DNA of 63,668 bases, the filler included, from Octopus bimaculoides (Eukaryota), in NCBI RefSeq assembly GCF_001194135.2. It is 5 parts of 4 records of this genome, joined end to end, with 100 filler letters (N's around TTAATTAATTAA, not from the genome) between each part and the next. Parts side by side here need not be neighbours in the genome. Positions count along the whole stretch, not along the records: positions 1 to 27,267 come from NC_068984.1; positions 27,368 to 40,324 come from NC_068984.1; 3 more parts are not named here. One strand, given 5' to 3'. The notes below the pieces were generated by a model. That model made no database searches, was not told the origin of the DNA, and saw nothing but the letters and a program-made list of their open reading frames with translations. The first letter of the stretch is position 1; each line of letters opens with the position of its first letter. Shown here in pieces: positions 25,898-38,631 of the stretch. The translations under genes were made by a program, and so were the position numbers.

Positions 25898-26671
25898 GGT
25901 GTTGTTCGGTGATATAAGCTATGGGGCCCTGACCTGACGTCTTTCTTATTTTCCATAAGTGATATCAAGTTGCTTTCCATTTTACTTCCACAACACCTCC
26001 GCCTCCATTCAGGTTTTGTCATTCTTTTTTCCCCCACTCTTTCAAGAGCATATTTTGTTAGCCACAACAAGTAACTCAATGGCAGCTGCAGCAACAACAA
26101 CAACAACAGCCTGGCTACATGTTTAACGGAACATTGTAAATCTTAACTGATTACATCTCACAGTAAACATGTCTCTCACACTCTGAATTTGTATACATAC
26201 ATACATACATACATACATACATACAAGCATGCATGTCGGTGGAAGGAAGGAGAATGTAGGGATGTGCCGAACAACTTTTGATAAATAAAACTGAAATGTC
26301 TGAAGTAAGAAAACACCGCTGAAATAAAAGGACTTGTACAGAAGTGCATTCTATTCAATTTCCCACTAATGGTTGCGGAAGACGTTGCTGTTGCCAAAAT
26401 ACTTGTACTTCAGTTGCTGCCTTTGAAAGGATCACAAAAGCCTACTCAACAATCCTAAAACTTGCAACAGAAAGTGGAATGTTTGTCTCTAATTTTATGA
26501 GTATTTCAAAGAACATCGTCATTCAAAGGACATCGCCATTTCTTTCACAAATAATTAGGATCTACAACAGATTGAAACACTAATGTACTCCGTTATTTCT
26601 GTGTAGATAATATACTAGATGTTAAGATCTAGTATAAATCTAAAGATGTAAACTAGAAATATTTGCAATAT

Positions 26672-26803
26672 TCTTTTCTACTCTAGGCACAAGGCCCAAA
26701 ATTCTGGGGAAGGAGGACAGTCAATTAGATCGACCCCAGTACGCAACTGGTACTTAATTTATCGATTCCGAAAGGATGAAAGGCAAAGTCGACCTCGGCG
26801 GAC
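26672..26803 (-). mobile_element. SINE family D, 3' part
   Basis: GATCGACCCCAGTACGCAACTGGTACTTAATTTATCG..GGATGAAAGGCAAAGTCGACCTCGGCGG. Confidence 0.85.
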
Positions 26804-27379
26804 GCAGGTCATATATCATACAAAAGTGTGTGAACAAAGAGTAACCAAAGAATATTATGCCAAACTAAAATAGATATGTCAGTCAGTTTTCATCTTTTAG
26901 TAAGACAATATGCCACAAGGAATATGTGCTAATATTATTGATATCTACATTTAGAACCCTTTTCTTGTCTATAGAGCAAATCTGGTTCATAGGCATTAAA
27001 ACCAGCAAGATCGTGATATAAAGCTTTGATAAAAGCAGTGATATTGAAAGACTCTATCTCGTATAACGAACGCGTATAATAACACCATTTTCATTTTACC
27101 TTTAAATCTTTGAAATCTCGCACACATCTCGTATTTAAGGCCTTTTAAGTTTACATTTTTTCCCCCAAGTTGGAGATACTGTGTATTGTATGCTCCTTCT
27201 GTCCGGACAGAAGGAGCATACAATAGCGACATCAGTAAAACTGCCAAGAATGTGTGTATGTGTATGTNNNNNNNNNNNNNNNNNNNNNNNNNNNNNNNNN
27301 NNNNNNNNNNNTTAATTAATTAANNNNNNNNNNNNNNNNNNNNNNNNNNNNNNNNNNNNNNNNNNNNATACACACACAC

Positions 27380-27466
<87 letters not shown>

Positions 27467-27850
27467 TTTGATATTATAGTCTATGCAATTACAAAAACTG
27501 TTTCCACTCAGTTACAGATAAACAGCTATTAACATGTTTAAATATATTTATAGATGAATAAATTAAATGAAAAATAATTCTAACTTGAATTAAACGTAAT
27601 GTTCGAAAACGTTGTGTCCTAATTAATTATTGAAATAGAGATGCTTTTCTGGGTTTTTTTTTACATTCATAATAAGTTAGGAAACTATGTTTATACTATC
27701 CAGTATCTTTGTGTGTATAATCGGCATTAGGAACTGAAGAGTCGAAGACTTGTGTTCTATAAAGTTTCCTAATATTTCCTTGTTGTACGCAGTGCAAAAC
27801 TGAATACACAGGCGGTTGCTGAAAGAATATGCATTGTCATGTGACGATGG

Positions 27851-28062
27851 GCTGACAGAGTAATTAGCACTCTGGGTAAATTACTTAACGGCATTTCATC
27901 AGTTTTTACATTTTGAGTTCAAATTCCGCCGAGGCTGACTTTGCCTTTCATAATTTCGAATCCATAAGATAAATACCCCTTAAACAGTGGCGTCGATGTA
28001 ATCGAATTAACTGCTCCCCCAAAACTGCTGACCTTGTGCCAAAATTTCAAGCCAATATATAT
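27851..28062 (+). mobile_element. SINE family D, diverged near-full copy
   Basis: TTAGCAC..GAGTTCAAATTCCGCCGAGG..CTTTGCCTTTCAT..GTCGATGTAATCGA..CCTTGTGCCAAAATTT. Confidence 0.75.
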
Positions 28063-28569
28063 TCGAATTTATCTTCTTTTTGTTAAGAAGTCTATATTTA
28101 TGTAAATCCTTTTCATCTGCGAATACACATCTTAGATATATTTATGAATAACTTCGCGTGTTTCAGCGACATGTCTATGTGTATGTATATAAACACGTGA
28201 AAATAAGCATCTATGTTGATACGTGTATTTCTCTGCGCATATGTCTAAGTGTGTGTAACTAAAAATTCAGTATTCGTGCAAGTCAGCATAGTTAGAAAAT
28301 CTTTCGTTTTCGAATGAATACGCTTATATGATTTTGCCGGATAATTGTAACTATAAACCCTTTCTAGTTAATCCAATACAGCCTCTTAGAATCAGCTGTC
28401 ATGTGTTCATCTTGTTTGTCCATGAAGTTGGATTAACCCAAAATTCTTTGAGATACAATAGATAAAGAATATCTTTCGTTACATTTCAACCTTCCACCTT
28501 TACTCTATGGCATGTTCAATAACATGATGCGATTCATCCGAATAACAGGGCTGTAATATACTACGCTGG

Positions 28570-28990
28570 GTCAGGGGTGGTTTTTCATATAATATTTTCA
28601 TATAAAAGATATTTTCTGAGATATTACAATCCTTTCCATTGAAGAAATGCTAAAAGAATGGCCACATTATGAATACTATACGTTGAAAACCTGACTCGTA
28701 ACTTTACTCATAATCAGAAGCATAGAAATATCTGAAACGCACTCGTTGGCGTACGCATTCTAATTCATGCAGATATTGTTACCATACCGCATATATGGAA
28801 TCAAAGCTTTTCTTCAGTCATAAATAGATTTCAGCATTCGAACACTTTACAATCAGAACATTAGTAAGACCATCCTATAATGACACTTCGACTACACTCC
28901 AAAGTCTTCGACTATTTTGTGTCCTATATTTGACAAGGCCAATGTTTCCCGAAATTTAATAGAAGCATTAAACATCTTACGGAAGGTAAT
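28570..28990 (+). pseudogene. Highly degenerate Penelope-type GIY-YIG remnant
   Basis: Broken frames SGVVFHI...YVENLTRNF...SAFEH-LQSEH...PIFDKANVSRNLIEALNILRK. Confidence 0.4.
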
Positions 28991-29604
28991 TCGGTATCTT
29001 TGGTTTTATTTATACGTATCATCTTACATACTTTGTTTAACTTCTATACTTACATAAATTAAAGGAGAGAGAGACAGCGACAGAGACAGAGGGACTGACA
29101 AACAGACATACAAAGACAGAAAGTCAGAGACTTAATGTGTGTGTAAGTATATGCATGTATGTAAACATGTAGAGACAGAAATATATTTATGAATACCAGG
29201 CATACTGTTTTCCCAAATCCGCCATCTTGCACACGACATTTTCTCTCAATCTATATGCAGTCTGACTTCAAATCATACTGAACTCATTCCAGGCTTTCTT
29301 TCTCTCGAGATTACTAAAAAGTACAAAACCATTGCGTTGGATGGATGGAGCAGTAAAATCATTAGAAAGTATTTCAATTCCTACGCCTTCTGAGTTCAAA
29401 TATCTCAGTCACTTACTTGGGTGGTACTCACAGATAGTTCACCCGTTTTCTCTATACAAATTGGTACTTTGGTTAAGGTGGTGTGCTGCAAAGACCTAGG
29501 GTTGGTCTCCAATCTGCAGTTACACTCATTCCTCCCTTCTACCATTCTTGCAATTATAGACACACACGTACACGCACACACAAATGCAAATACACACACA
29601 CACA

Positions 29605-29661
<57 letters not shown>

Positions 29662-30700
29662 TTATGTATATGTGCGTGTGTGTTTGTGTGTGTCTCTGAA
29701 TATACATTAGAGAGTATCTGCGTCTATTTTTGCATAGTTTAATAGTTGCTGTTAGGACTTCACAATTTGGACTGCCGTCATTGCTGTCAAAACACAGGAA
29801 TTCGAATCACTGTGTTTTATCGGAGAATAGGTGTCTGTATTCTTTAGACCATGGCTCATATGTGCTAAACGATATGATCTTGCAAAAATTTAGACTTTTC
29901 ATTATACAGAAATTTGTGACGCACATTAAGTTTTAAAAACTAGATTTTTTTTGTTTCCTCCAATTATCTCAGTTTCTTGTTTTTTTTTTGTTTTTTTTTT
30001 ACTTACAACGATCCGTCGGAGGTGGCCACTATACTGCAAGCATGTTTGTCTTTTATTTTCTACTTTGTATCTGTAATTGGATAATCGACTATACTTTTGT
30101 TACTGCTTGTATGGATTGTTAGAATGCATCGCATACATCATAAATTACGTAATTACATATCTTTAAATTGGAAAGTAGTATAGTAGCTAAGGCACTAATG
30201 CTACCATAACTCTAGTTGGTAAAAATGAAATGCAATACATTAAGATATATAGTACTTTTAGCTTACGATAAAATACTTCATTATGCACTCAAGCAGGATA
30301 TAATATCTCTTATTTGCCAACTACTAAAATTACCAATTGTCTTTTACTCAATGTACAATGTTTTGCCATAAATTTTTCTGTTGTATTTTATCTTTTAATG
30401 TAATGATATCTAAATGATTCCTCCCTCCGAAATTACTTTTAAAGCATGTAATTATTCTTTCAAACATTGTTCTCTGTAATGATAACCATATATTATGCGT
30501 AATCAAAGATATCATAGAGTTGAAAGAGAGCAATGCGATTTTATAGGAAATCGATGTGCATTGTTTACAATTGATTCACAATTGAAATAATTATGTTTAT
30601 TTTATATCTTTTGTTAAATAATGCATAGATTGAACAACTTTTGAATATATTTTTACTGGTTTTATCAGTGCTAACATATATACCGTATTCTTGCATGCAG

Positions 30701-30775
30701 ACACACAAAGAATGGCGACTTGGCAAAGCCGTTATGTTCCACTCATTAACTACTCCACCATCGCCGCCAATATAG
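30701..30775 (+). CDS. Candidate exon, 75 nt, phase 1-1 (xTQRMATWQSRYVPLINYSTIAANI)
   Basis: CTAAC at 30671, TTCTTGCATGCAG acceptor, TAG|GTCAGA donor. Only the phase-1 frame is open; it contains AGAATGG. Confidence 0.4.
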   Translation, partial: THKEWRLGKAVMFHSLTTPPSPPI

Positions 30776-31057
30776 GTCAGATTGTTTTGATAGGGAAGGA
30801 TTGGCTGAAATGGCTGAGTGTCTATGATGGGTATTTGGGTAAGCTACAATCTCTTTAAATATATTGCGGAACTTGACCTTCAGTAATATTAAAATCTTAT
30901 AAATGAATGAACACTGCTTGAAATTACTGTCTTTGTATCTAAATTTATCATTTATTGATTACTAAAATGCGTTCCAATTTGATGCAAAATTGATGTGAAA
31001 TGCAAAGACGTGCATTAATAATGAGGACAATTAAACTTATACCGTTCTATAATCCCA

Positions 31058-31128
31058 ATATATATACACGTATAGGATATATACACACGTATAGGATATA
31101 TACACACGTATAGGATATATACACGTTT
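31058..31128 (+). repeat. ~19-bp minisatellite (ATATATACACACGTATAGG)x3-4
   Basis: Direct reading. Confidence 0.85.
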
Positions 31129-31313
31129 AGTATATTAGGAACTATGAAAATTAGAGCGTAGATAGTAAAAACACATCTGTAATCGTAAATTCAATACTGT
31201 TTATTGGTGGAACTGGCTTCTAATAATTATATGTGCAATAAATGAACTGTGGTATTCTCTACAGCAGAGGTTTCTTCTGTAATTGTCTACGTTTGTCTCA
31301 ATCGCATCTACAG

Positions 31314-31364
31314 GAAATATAAACAATACGCGTGACATTTTGGAGAAGTCTACCCACAGAAAAG
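31314..31364 (+). CDS. Candidate exon, 51 nt, phase 1-1 (GNINNTRDILEKSTHRK)
   Basis: CTACAG acceptor and AAG|GTCAGC donor. Only the phase-1 frame is open. Confidence 0.4.
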
Positions 31365-34300
31365 GTCAGCTGATAAAACCACGAAAGCAAATATTCATAA
31401 AAATAATACACGCATATATGCTTGGCGCGTATGGACTCATGCTTGGGTGGCTGACTGTTCGTTGAACATTTATTCTACATCTTCATAACTTGTGCAAATA
31501 CTGGCTATTATACTGAAGCCAAACATTGAACGAAGTTTCATTCAAAGTCTTTGTAATAACTTGAATTCTTGATGTAGAGAACCGCTTCATAATATATGAC
31601 TAGATGTGTGAGAATGTACAACAAAGACCAGTCGAAGAGGAACATCACTGAAAATAGTAGAGAGTATCATATTGGTTTTAGTTACAGACGAAATCAAAAA
31701 TTTTAATTATATTTTTCTTTGAATTATAAATTCGGTAATGATGTCATTCCTGTAAAACGGCAAAAACAAATAGCACTTAGAGGTAAAATATTTCAAAGAA
31801 AAACATTCACAATTGGTATTTGTTGAGCTCAAGTGCAGTGTTGATGGTTGAGAATTTATTCTCTGATTCAGGATCATAAATAAAAATACACTTGAAATAT
31901 TTCTATAGCACATAGTTTTTGCTCGCGGCTAAGATAATTCCATGTGTTATTTGAAATTTACACGTTCTCTCACTATATTACTATCCTTAGCTAGCTGCCA
32001 GTAATTATAAAGGTAGCTAAAACATTAAAACACAGCAGTGAGAAGAATATATTAATAGGTAACAGACATGCATTTTAAAAATGTTTCAAGATAAGATATT
32101 TTAAAAAGTTTCGGTTCAAGACAGACCATTCTTTACTAGTATTGATGAAATTCTCCATAGATCCATATTCTTCATGTTGAGAGCGATAAGCGATATATAC
32201 GGAGATATATGCAATAGAGTAAGAGTATATAAATTAATCAAATAACCGCGTTTTATATGTTTTCTCCACAACTGTTATTATTAACCTGAAGACGCAATTA
32301 CACAACGAAAAACAATAATATGTTCAATAATAAATGAAAGAATAAAATACAATACTAAATGCATTTAGAAAACAATTCTAAAGTTTTGATGATCTGGGCA
32401 AGTCTCGTTTATGCAATGACACTCATGGTATTCATACAAGTAAATGACTCCATATTGAACACCCAGTTTCTCGGAGTTGCTTACGTGAAAGGGACAAGAA
32501 GGTGGTGTTTACTTCTTGGGTTCATATTTTTCCTTTACTATCATCCTGTATAAACGACAACGAAGACAGAGAACATTTCAACAGCGTTGAAAACAATAAG
32601 TAGAGACAATGTTTGAGGATAGTCTAAACAGAACACTTGAATACAAATTAATCACCTCCATACTATCACCTCCAAACTATCACCTCCGTAGTTAGATGCC
32701 GTTAGTATGAAATTTTATTCTCAGTAAAGAGTATCAAAAACAAAAAAAGGCATTCAACTGAGACCGAGCAAGGGAAAATGTGAAAAAATATGTTCATTAT
32801 TAATGTGGCTAACTTAGTGATTGTCAAAGGCAAACATTAGTATAGGAAAAGCACAAGAGATTCATCGTGGGTTTCTGGTATGTTACCGATCTAATAGCGT
32901 AGATGCTTATTAAGATTCAAATATAAATATTCAAAGCATTCATATATAAGAAAACATGCAGATAAACTACTGGCACTTTGTATACCTTTTATGTCACTGA
33001 ACTTAGAACTCCAGGGTCACATCTAATGGTAACAGTTTCATCACATCCGTCTGATTTATATGAACAATTTAACACAAACAGTGTAGTCTATCTAGGAACA
33101 ACAACTGGTATATGTAACCACAAGTTGAAAGATGTTTTGCAATCCAGGAACAGAAATAACAACAAAATATTTGATGAGCTAAAATAAAACATGATGCAGT
33201 TAAACACCTAAATATGACAACGTTTGGAGAGAGCTGTTTATGGTGTAACCTATACTATTTGCAGCTCTCGGAAATACGATCTGGTCATTACTTTCGCCGA
33301 AGCATTATACTGTTGTCCGAAGAGCATATAATTTATTTTGTTGATAGTATCATCCTAGAATAAAAATATTGGAAAATACAGTTATAAAGAGAGTATATAC
33401 CCAATAACATTAAATGATATTGGTAGAATATTTTCGCCAAACCTCTGTGAAATTTAGATAAAAGAGTACCAGAGATCTGGTGTTATAATCTACGAAAGAA
33501 ACAAAATATACAAGTGATAGAAATCAGATGAGCAATAGACGTTAACATACTATTCCATTTAAAAGAACTGCAATCATCTATCCTTATTATAAATTCAGAT
33601 ATTTATACCTGATTATTAATTAACGTACTAAAACTCTTAAGTTATAGTTTCTTAAAACCAAAAGCAGACACGTAATGTAATAATTACAAATATAAGTCGT
33701 TAATAAAATAAGAATATGTAAAATACCACTGTCTGGACATACACACACATTTTTATATGCATATATACGTATCTAAAATATTACATATTCACGTATGTAA
33801 TGGTGTATGTAGAAACATATATATACATATGCAAATACATACATATATACATGGCTACACCAACCGATGTGTCCTAACTTTGAATGAAAGAGCTTTGTGT
33901 CGACTTTGGAAACGTCTCTCTGTTGGAGATAATTTTAAAAAAATAAACAGAACGAACACATACGCTCATACATAATTTAAGCATCATAGCTAGTAGTATT
34001 GTAGTAAATATGAAGAGAAATAAACCGTCTTCTTTTGCCTCTAATCGATTACTATTCAGTGAAGTGGGAAGATATTTACTGAACTCCAGTAACTATGATA
34101 ACTGAATCATTGGTGTGTTAGACGGCAGCCAGTCACAATGTGACAGGCATGCAAACTCAGTCGTAATGTATTCATTCAATACAAATAACGATTTCGCTTA
34201 AGATGGACGAGTTCATGAGATTGGTCAAGAAAATAATGACAATAATAAAACTTACAGACTGTCCAAGTGGAAACTTTAAACCAAACAACTCTGTAAGATT

Positions 34301-34644
34301 TTGATCTTAATTCCGCTTTTACGCGTCTGAATTTAAACCATGAAATCCGAATGTTGATAAGAGGATAGTGGTGGCAATGGAATCTGAACGTTACAGTTGG
34401 AATACTGAAGATAAACCACGGCCTCACGCTCTAAATGGATTTGAGGCAGAAATATCTGTACTTTGCTGCCTACAGTGATCATACGTTGCCAACTTTTCAA
34501 TTGTATTTACATGTTAAACTATTTGTTTCTTTATATCTGGATTCTAGATCCCAATATTAATACGGCTACAAAATTTCTGGAAACAAAAGCGCGTATACCT
34601 TTATATCACGTCATCTGTATATAATAACTTACTGTGGTTTTTAG

Positions 34645-34659
34645 AGAAAGAAGAGAAAG
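34645..34659 (+). CDS. Candidate 15-nt microexon (EKEEK)
   Basis: GGTTTTTAG|AGAAAGAAGAGAAAG|GTAACG. Confidence 0.35.
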
Positions 34660-34867
34660 GTAACGTGTTACTACTGCATTTTCTAAAAGTACCATCATCA
34701 AAATAAGGATCTATTAAAACAACCGAGAGAATTGACTGCTACATAGATTGATCGCACATACTTGGAAATATTGATTTAAAAGTTTATATTTCACGTAACG
34801 AAAACAATTTATTACAGGGAACTATAACCCACTCAGTGGGTGGCGACGTGAACTGGTATTCTTGTAT

Positions 34868-34971
34868 TCTTTTACTCTTTTATCTTTTTCAGTCATTTGA
34901 AATGTGGAGCACCGCCTTTAGTCGAACAAATCAACCTCAGGACTTATTCATTGTAAGACTAGCACTTATTC
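34868..34971 (-). mobile_element. SINE family C, 3' end
   Basis: TCAGTCATTTGA..TGGAGCACCGCCTTTAGTCGA..GGACTTATTC. Confidence 0.8.
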
Positions 34972-35883
34972 GCATATATATATAATTGTTAAAGAGAACA
35001 ACAAACATTAAGGCAAGGCAAACATCTCAAGTCGTATACAATAATATTATTGAAAATCCAGTCTTACTTGTTCTGTGATATCCCCGAGTATGGGATATCC
35101 TGTCATCAGAGACAAATAGGGAAAACATAGGGAAAATGAGGATGGCATAGATTAATGAGATGACGACATCACAGAAACAACTGTAAGACTGATCTTTTTC
35201 CTTTAATAATATTGTATACGACTTGAGATGTTTGCCTTGCGTTAATGCTTGTTGTCCTTTTGACAAATACATATCCGCCGGAAATCTGCAATGGCTCCAT
35301 AACTACTGTCTTGGCTGTAAACCTGGAGGCCTAGGAATCCGTTACAGCACTTAACTAGAACGCCCAATCTTTTAGATCAACTATGAACTAAACCTCACCT
35401 TCTTTCAGTCAGTTTCCGTCTACTAAATCCAAGGTGCTGCGCAGTAGGAGTGAACTTGAAATCATGTGGTTGTGAAGCAAGCCTGTTACCCCACAGCCAC
35501 AGAACTATAATCCAGTGAGTTGAAACAATTTATAACTATTATTTATAGATCAAATAGGGACGTAATATTTAATATAAACACAGGCCATACCATTACAAAT
35601 GAGCAAAATATAATTAGTCGTCTGCCATAGAGTTCCCAAACGTTGATTGATTTACGAAGTCCGAAAAATTAATTTCCAAGTTTGGCAATTAGTCAACGGA
35701 GAGATAAAGAGTAAGGTCAAGCGTGACGAGATTTGAACCGCAAACAAACAGAAGAAGGGGTGGGGGAGAGGTGCATAATCTAATTTGCAAATGCGAAATT
35801 TCTGCGGAAATACATGATCATGACTTTTGTACAATGGAATGTTCAAATTCTAAATAAAAAATATAATACATTATACATATGCG

Positions 35884-36056
35884 CAGGAGTGGCGGTGTGG
35901 TAAGTATCTTGCTTACCAACTACATGTTTCCGGGTTCAATCCCACTGCGTGGCACCTTGGGCAACTGTCTTCTACTATAGCCTCGGGTCGACCAAAGCCT
36001 TGTGAGTGGATTTGGTAGACGGAATCTGAAAGAAGCCCGTCGTATACATGTATATG

Positions 36057-36103
<47 letters not shown>

Positions 36104-36203
36104 CTGTGTGTCTGTGTTTGTCTCGCCCACCATCGCTTGGCAACCGATACTGGTGTCTTTATGTCCCCGTAACTTAGCGGTTCGGCAAAAAGTGACCGAT
36201 AGA
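35884..36203 (+). mobile_element. SINE family C with internal (TA)n(TG)n
   Basis: GCAGGAGTGGCGGTGTGGTAAG head, B box GGTTCAATCC, CORE-like CCTTGGGCAA, 3' part GTCCCCGTAACTTAGCGGTTCGGC. Confidence 0.9.
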
Positions 36204-36299
36204 ATTTTATTTCATTTGTAATCTTTATTTCTGTACTTTTCGATCGATGCCTTTTTCTGACCGAAAATTACAATTATTTGAATTTTCTCTCCCGTGCAG

Positions 36300-36306
36300 C
36301 AAGAAG
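36300..36306 (+). CDS. Candidate 7-nt microexon CAAGAAG
   Basis: Branch-like CTGAC at 36257, TTTTCTCTCCCGTGCAG acceptor and AAG|GTAAGA donor; near-consensus signals. Confidence 0.45.
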
Positions 36307-36450
36307 GTAAGAACAATTTTTTCTATGCTTTTCAGCCCTATGTGTCTGCATATATTTTCATATACATACACAATCGCACGTGCGCAAACACGCAATCGCA
36401 CGAACACCCCCCACATTCACACACAATATCACACACTAACACATATACAT

Positions 36451-36514
<64 letters not shown>

Positions 36515-36673
36515 TCACACAGCTGTCCAAGGACATATTTGATTTAATCATATATGCTGCACTTATAAGTTGTCTGTATGAATTGCATTTATAGTGTTAC
36601 ATCCTTATCTTTAAAAAATATATACATATTTTATAATGGAATAATTACTATGAAACATTGTGCAGAATATATT

Positions 36674-36925
36674 GTATAAAGGATCGTTGGATTATGATCG
36701 CATATTCAAGAAATCGACGAATGTTGCCGATGTGCGTGTGTGTGAGCGTGTGTGAGCTCACCCACATGCACATCGGCAATATTCGTCGATTTCTTGAATA
36801 TGGGGTCGTAACCCCGAAATATTGAATACAAGGTAATTCTACATTAATTCACATATTTGTTTTCTTGTGATTTACCTTAAATTCACTTCGCATTGTTTTG
36901 GCCTTACCCACGATCCTTTATATAC
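36674..36925. mobile_element. Putative MITE containing a 102-bp hairpin
   Basis: Outer inverted ends GTATAAAGGATCGTTGG / CCACGATCCTTTATATAC. Inner arms 36701-36740 / 36763-36802 show 38/40 Watson-Crick pairs. Confidence 0.6.
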
Positions 36926-36999
36926 ATATATACATATATATATTTATATAAATAAGGATAAGATCGATATTTAAAATATTGATCCTATCAAGTGGTCAG

Positions 37000-37022
37000 C
37001 ATGGGAATAAAAACCATCAAAG
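37000..37022 (+). CDS. Candidate 23-nt microexon (SMGIKTIK)
   Basis: GTCAG acceptor with weak pyrimidine tract, AAG|GTAATA donor. Chosen partly because it restores phase. Confidence 0.25.
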
Positions 37023-37239
37023 GTAATAATTATTTAAAATTATAATACAGGGTATCAAGAGATACCACCACGCTGAAAAATAGCAGTCAAATCCTGACTC
37101 TAAAACCACAATAAATGTCCGTGCCATACTCGTGCCATACGGACATATATACATATATATAGGTATGTGTGTATATGTATCTATGTATTTATGTGTGTAA
37201 GTGTGTGTATACATATAGTTATATATATGTATATATACG

Positions 37240-37274
<35 letters not shown>

Positions 37275-38314
37275 NNNNNNNNNNNNNNNNNNNNNNNNNN
37301 NNNNNNNNNNNNNNNNNNNNNNNNNNNNNNNNNNNNNNNNNNNNNNNNNNNNNNNNNNNNNNNNNNNNNNNNNNNNNNNNNNNNNNNNNNNNNNNNNNNN
37401 NNNNNNNNNNNNNNNNNNNNNNNNNNNNNNNNNNNNNNNNNNNNNNNNNNNNNNNNNNNNNNNNNNNNNNNNNNNNNNNNNNNNNNNNNNNNNNNNNNNN
37501 NNNNNNNNNNNNNNNNNNNNNNNNNNNNNNNNNNNNNNNNNNNNNNNNNNNNNNNNNNNNNNNNNNNNNNNNNNNNNNNNNNNNNNNNNNNNNNNNNNNN
37601 NNNNNNNNNNNNNNNNNNNNNNNNNNNNNNNNNNNNNNNNNNNNNNNNNNNNNNNNNNNNNNNNNNNNNNNNNNNNNNNNNNNNNNNNNNNNNNNNNNNN
37701 NNNNNNNNNNNNNNNNNNNNNNNNNNNNNNNNNNNNNNNNNNNNNNNNNNNNNNNNNNNNNNNNNNNNNNNNNNNNNNNNNNNNNNNNNNNNNNNNNNNN
37801 NNNNNNNNNNNNNNNNNNNNNNNNNNNNNNNNNNNNNNNNNNNNNNNNNNNNNATATATATATATATACATATATGATTGTGCGTGTTATTGTGTATTTG
37901 CTACGCTGGTATACCAGACGTTATTTCGATATATTGAAAACACGACATAATTTCTAATTAACCAGGAGTGGTTCTTCCAACCAGACAAACAATTTTATCT
38001 TTCTTTTTTGATATTGGCAATATATATAAAGAGAATAATTTTAATAGAAAATCTTTTTTCTTGAAGTCTACATCCATACATGAAGACGTTAAGGCTATAT
38101 CAAAAATATTTTGAATAACCAAAATTATGATAATGCGTGTATGCCTCTTTACATAATTTAGTTTGTATACACACAAACATACAGAATGACACACACACAC
38201 ACACACATCCACATGTACACACACATACATACATATACATTGGCATATGCACTTACATATGTAAATGCATGCATATATATCTCTATATATGTATATTCAA
38301 GTATATATAAATAT

Positions 38315-38352
38315 ATGTTCCATGACGAGGAGTTATGCTCGAAACGTTAAAT
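38315..38352 (+). ncRNA. Minimal hammerhead motif (family HH-A), one core mismatch
   Basis: ATGACGA-G-GAGT(TAT)GCTC-GAAAC-GTT-AAA; C3 reads A and stem I is weak. Confidence 0.55.
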
Positions 38353-38585
38353 TCTCTCCTTTCACCGAGCTGTCGGTCTTGTAACACGATACCTTCTGTC
38401 CTTTAATTTTCTGTGCCTTTGTATTCTGTGTGCTTGTTAATATATAAATACATACCAGTTTTCGCTCTCTCTTTCTTTGTTTACAAGTCTACGTGTATGT
38501 ATATTTTGTATATCTGACGCAAATAGTTTTATTTGTTTATTTACATCATTATCGCCATATCTGCTCACCTGGTTTCCTCTTATAG

Positions 38586-38631
38586 CCACTCTTCACCCGG
38601 TAGACATACTCGTCGGTAAATATTTCAGAGG
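38586..38631 (+). CDS. Candidate exon, 46 nt, phase 1-2 (ATLHPVDILVGKYFR)
   Basis: CTCAC branch-like site, GGTTTCCTCTTATAG acceptor, AGG|GTAAGT donor. Only one frame is open. Confidence 0.45.

Noticed and set aside
26344-26583. 79-aa non-repetitive ORF
   Set aside because: No recognisable motif and no convincing splice sites.
27312-27323. TTAATTAATTAA embedded between N runs (also 40369, 46548, 60042)
   Set aside because: Identical palindromic all-frame stop string centred in ~100-bp gaps; a scaffolding spacer, not biology.
34203-34292. 90-nt candidate exon (MDEFMRLVKK...)
   Set aside because: Open only in phase 0, which is incompatible with the flanking phase-1 candidates, and the acceptor is weak.
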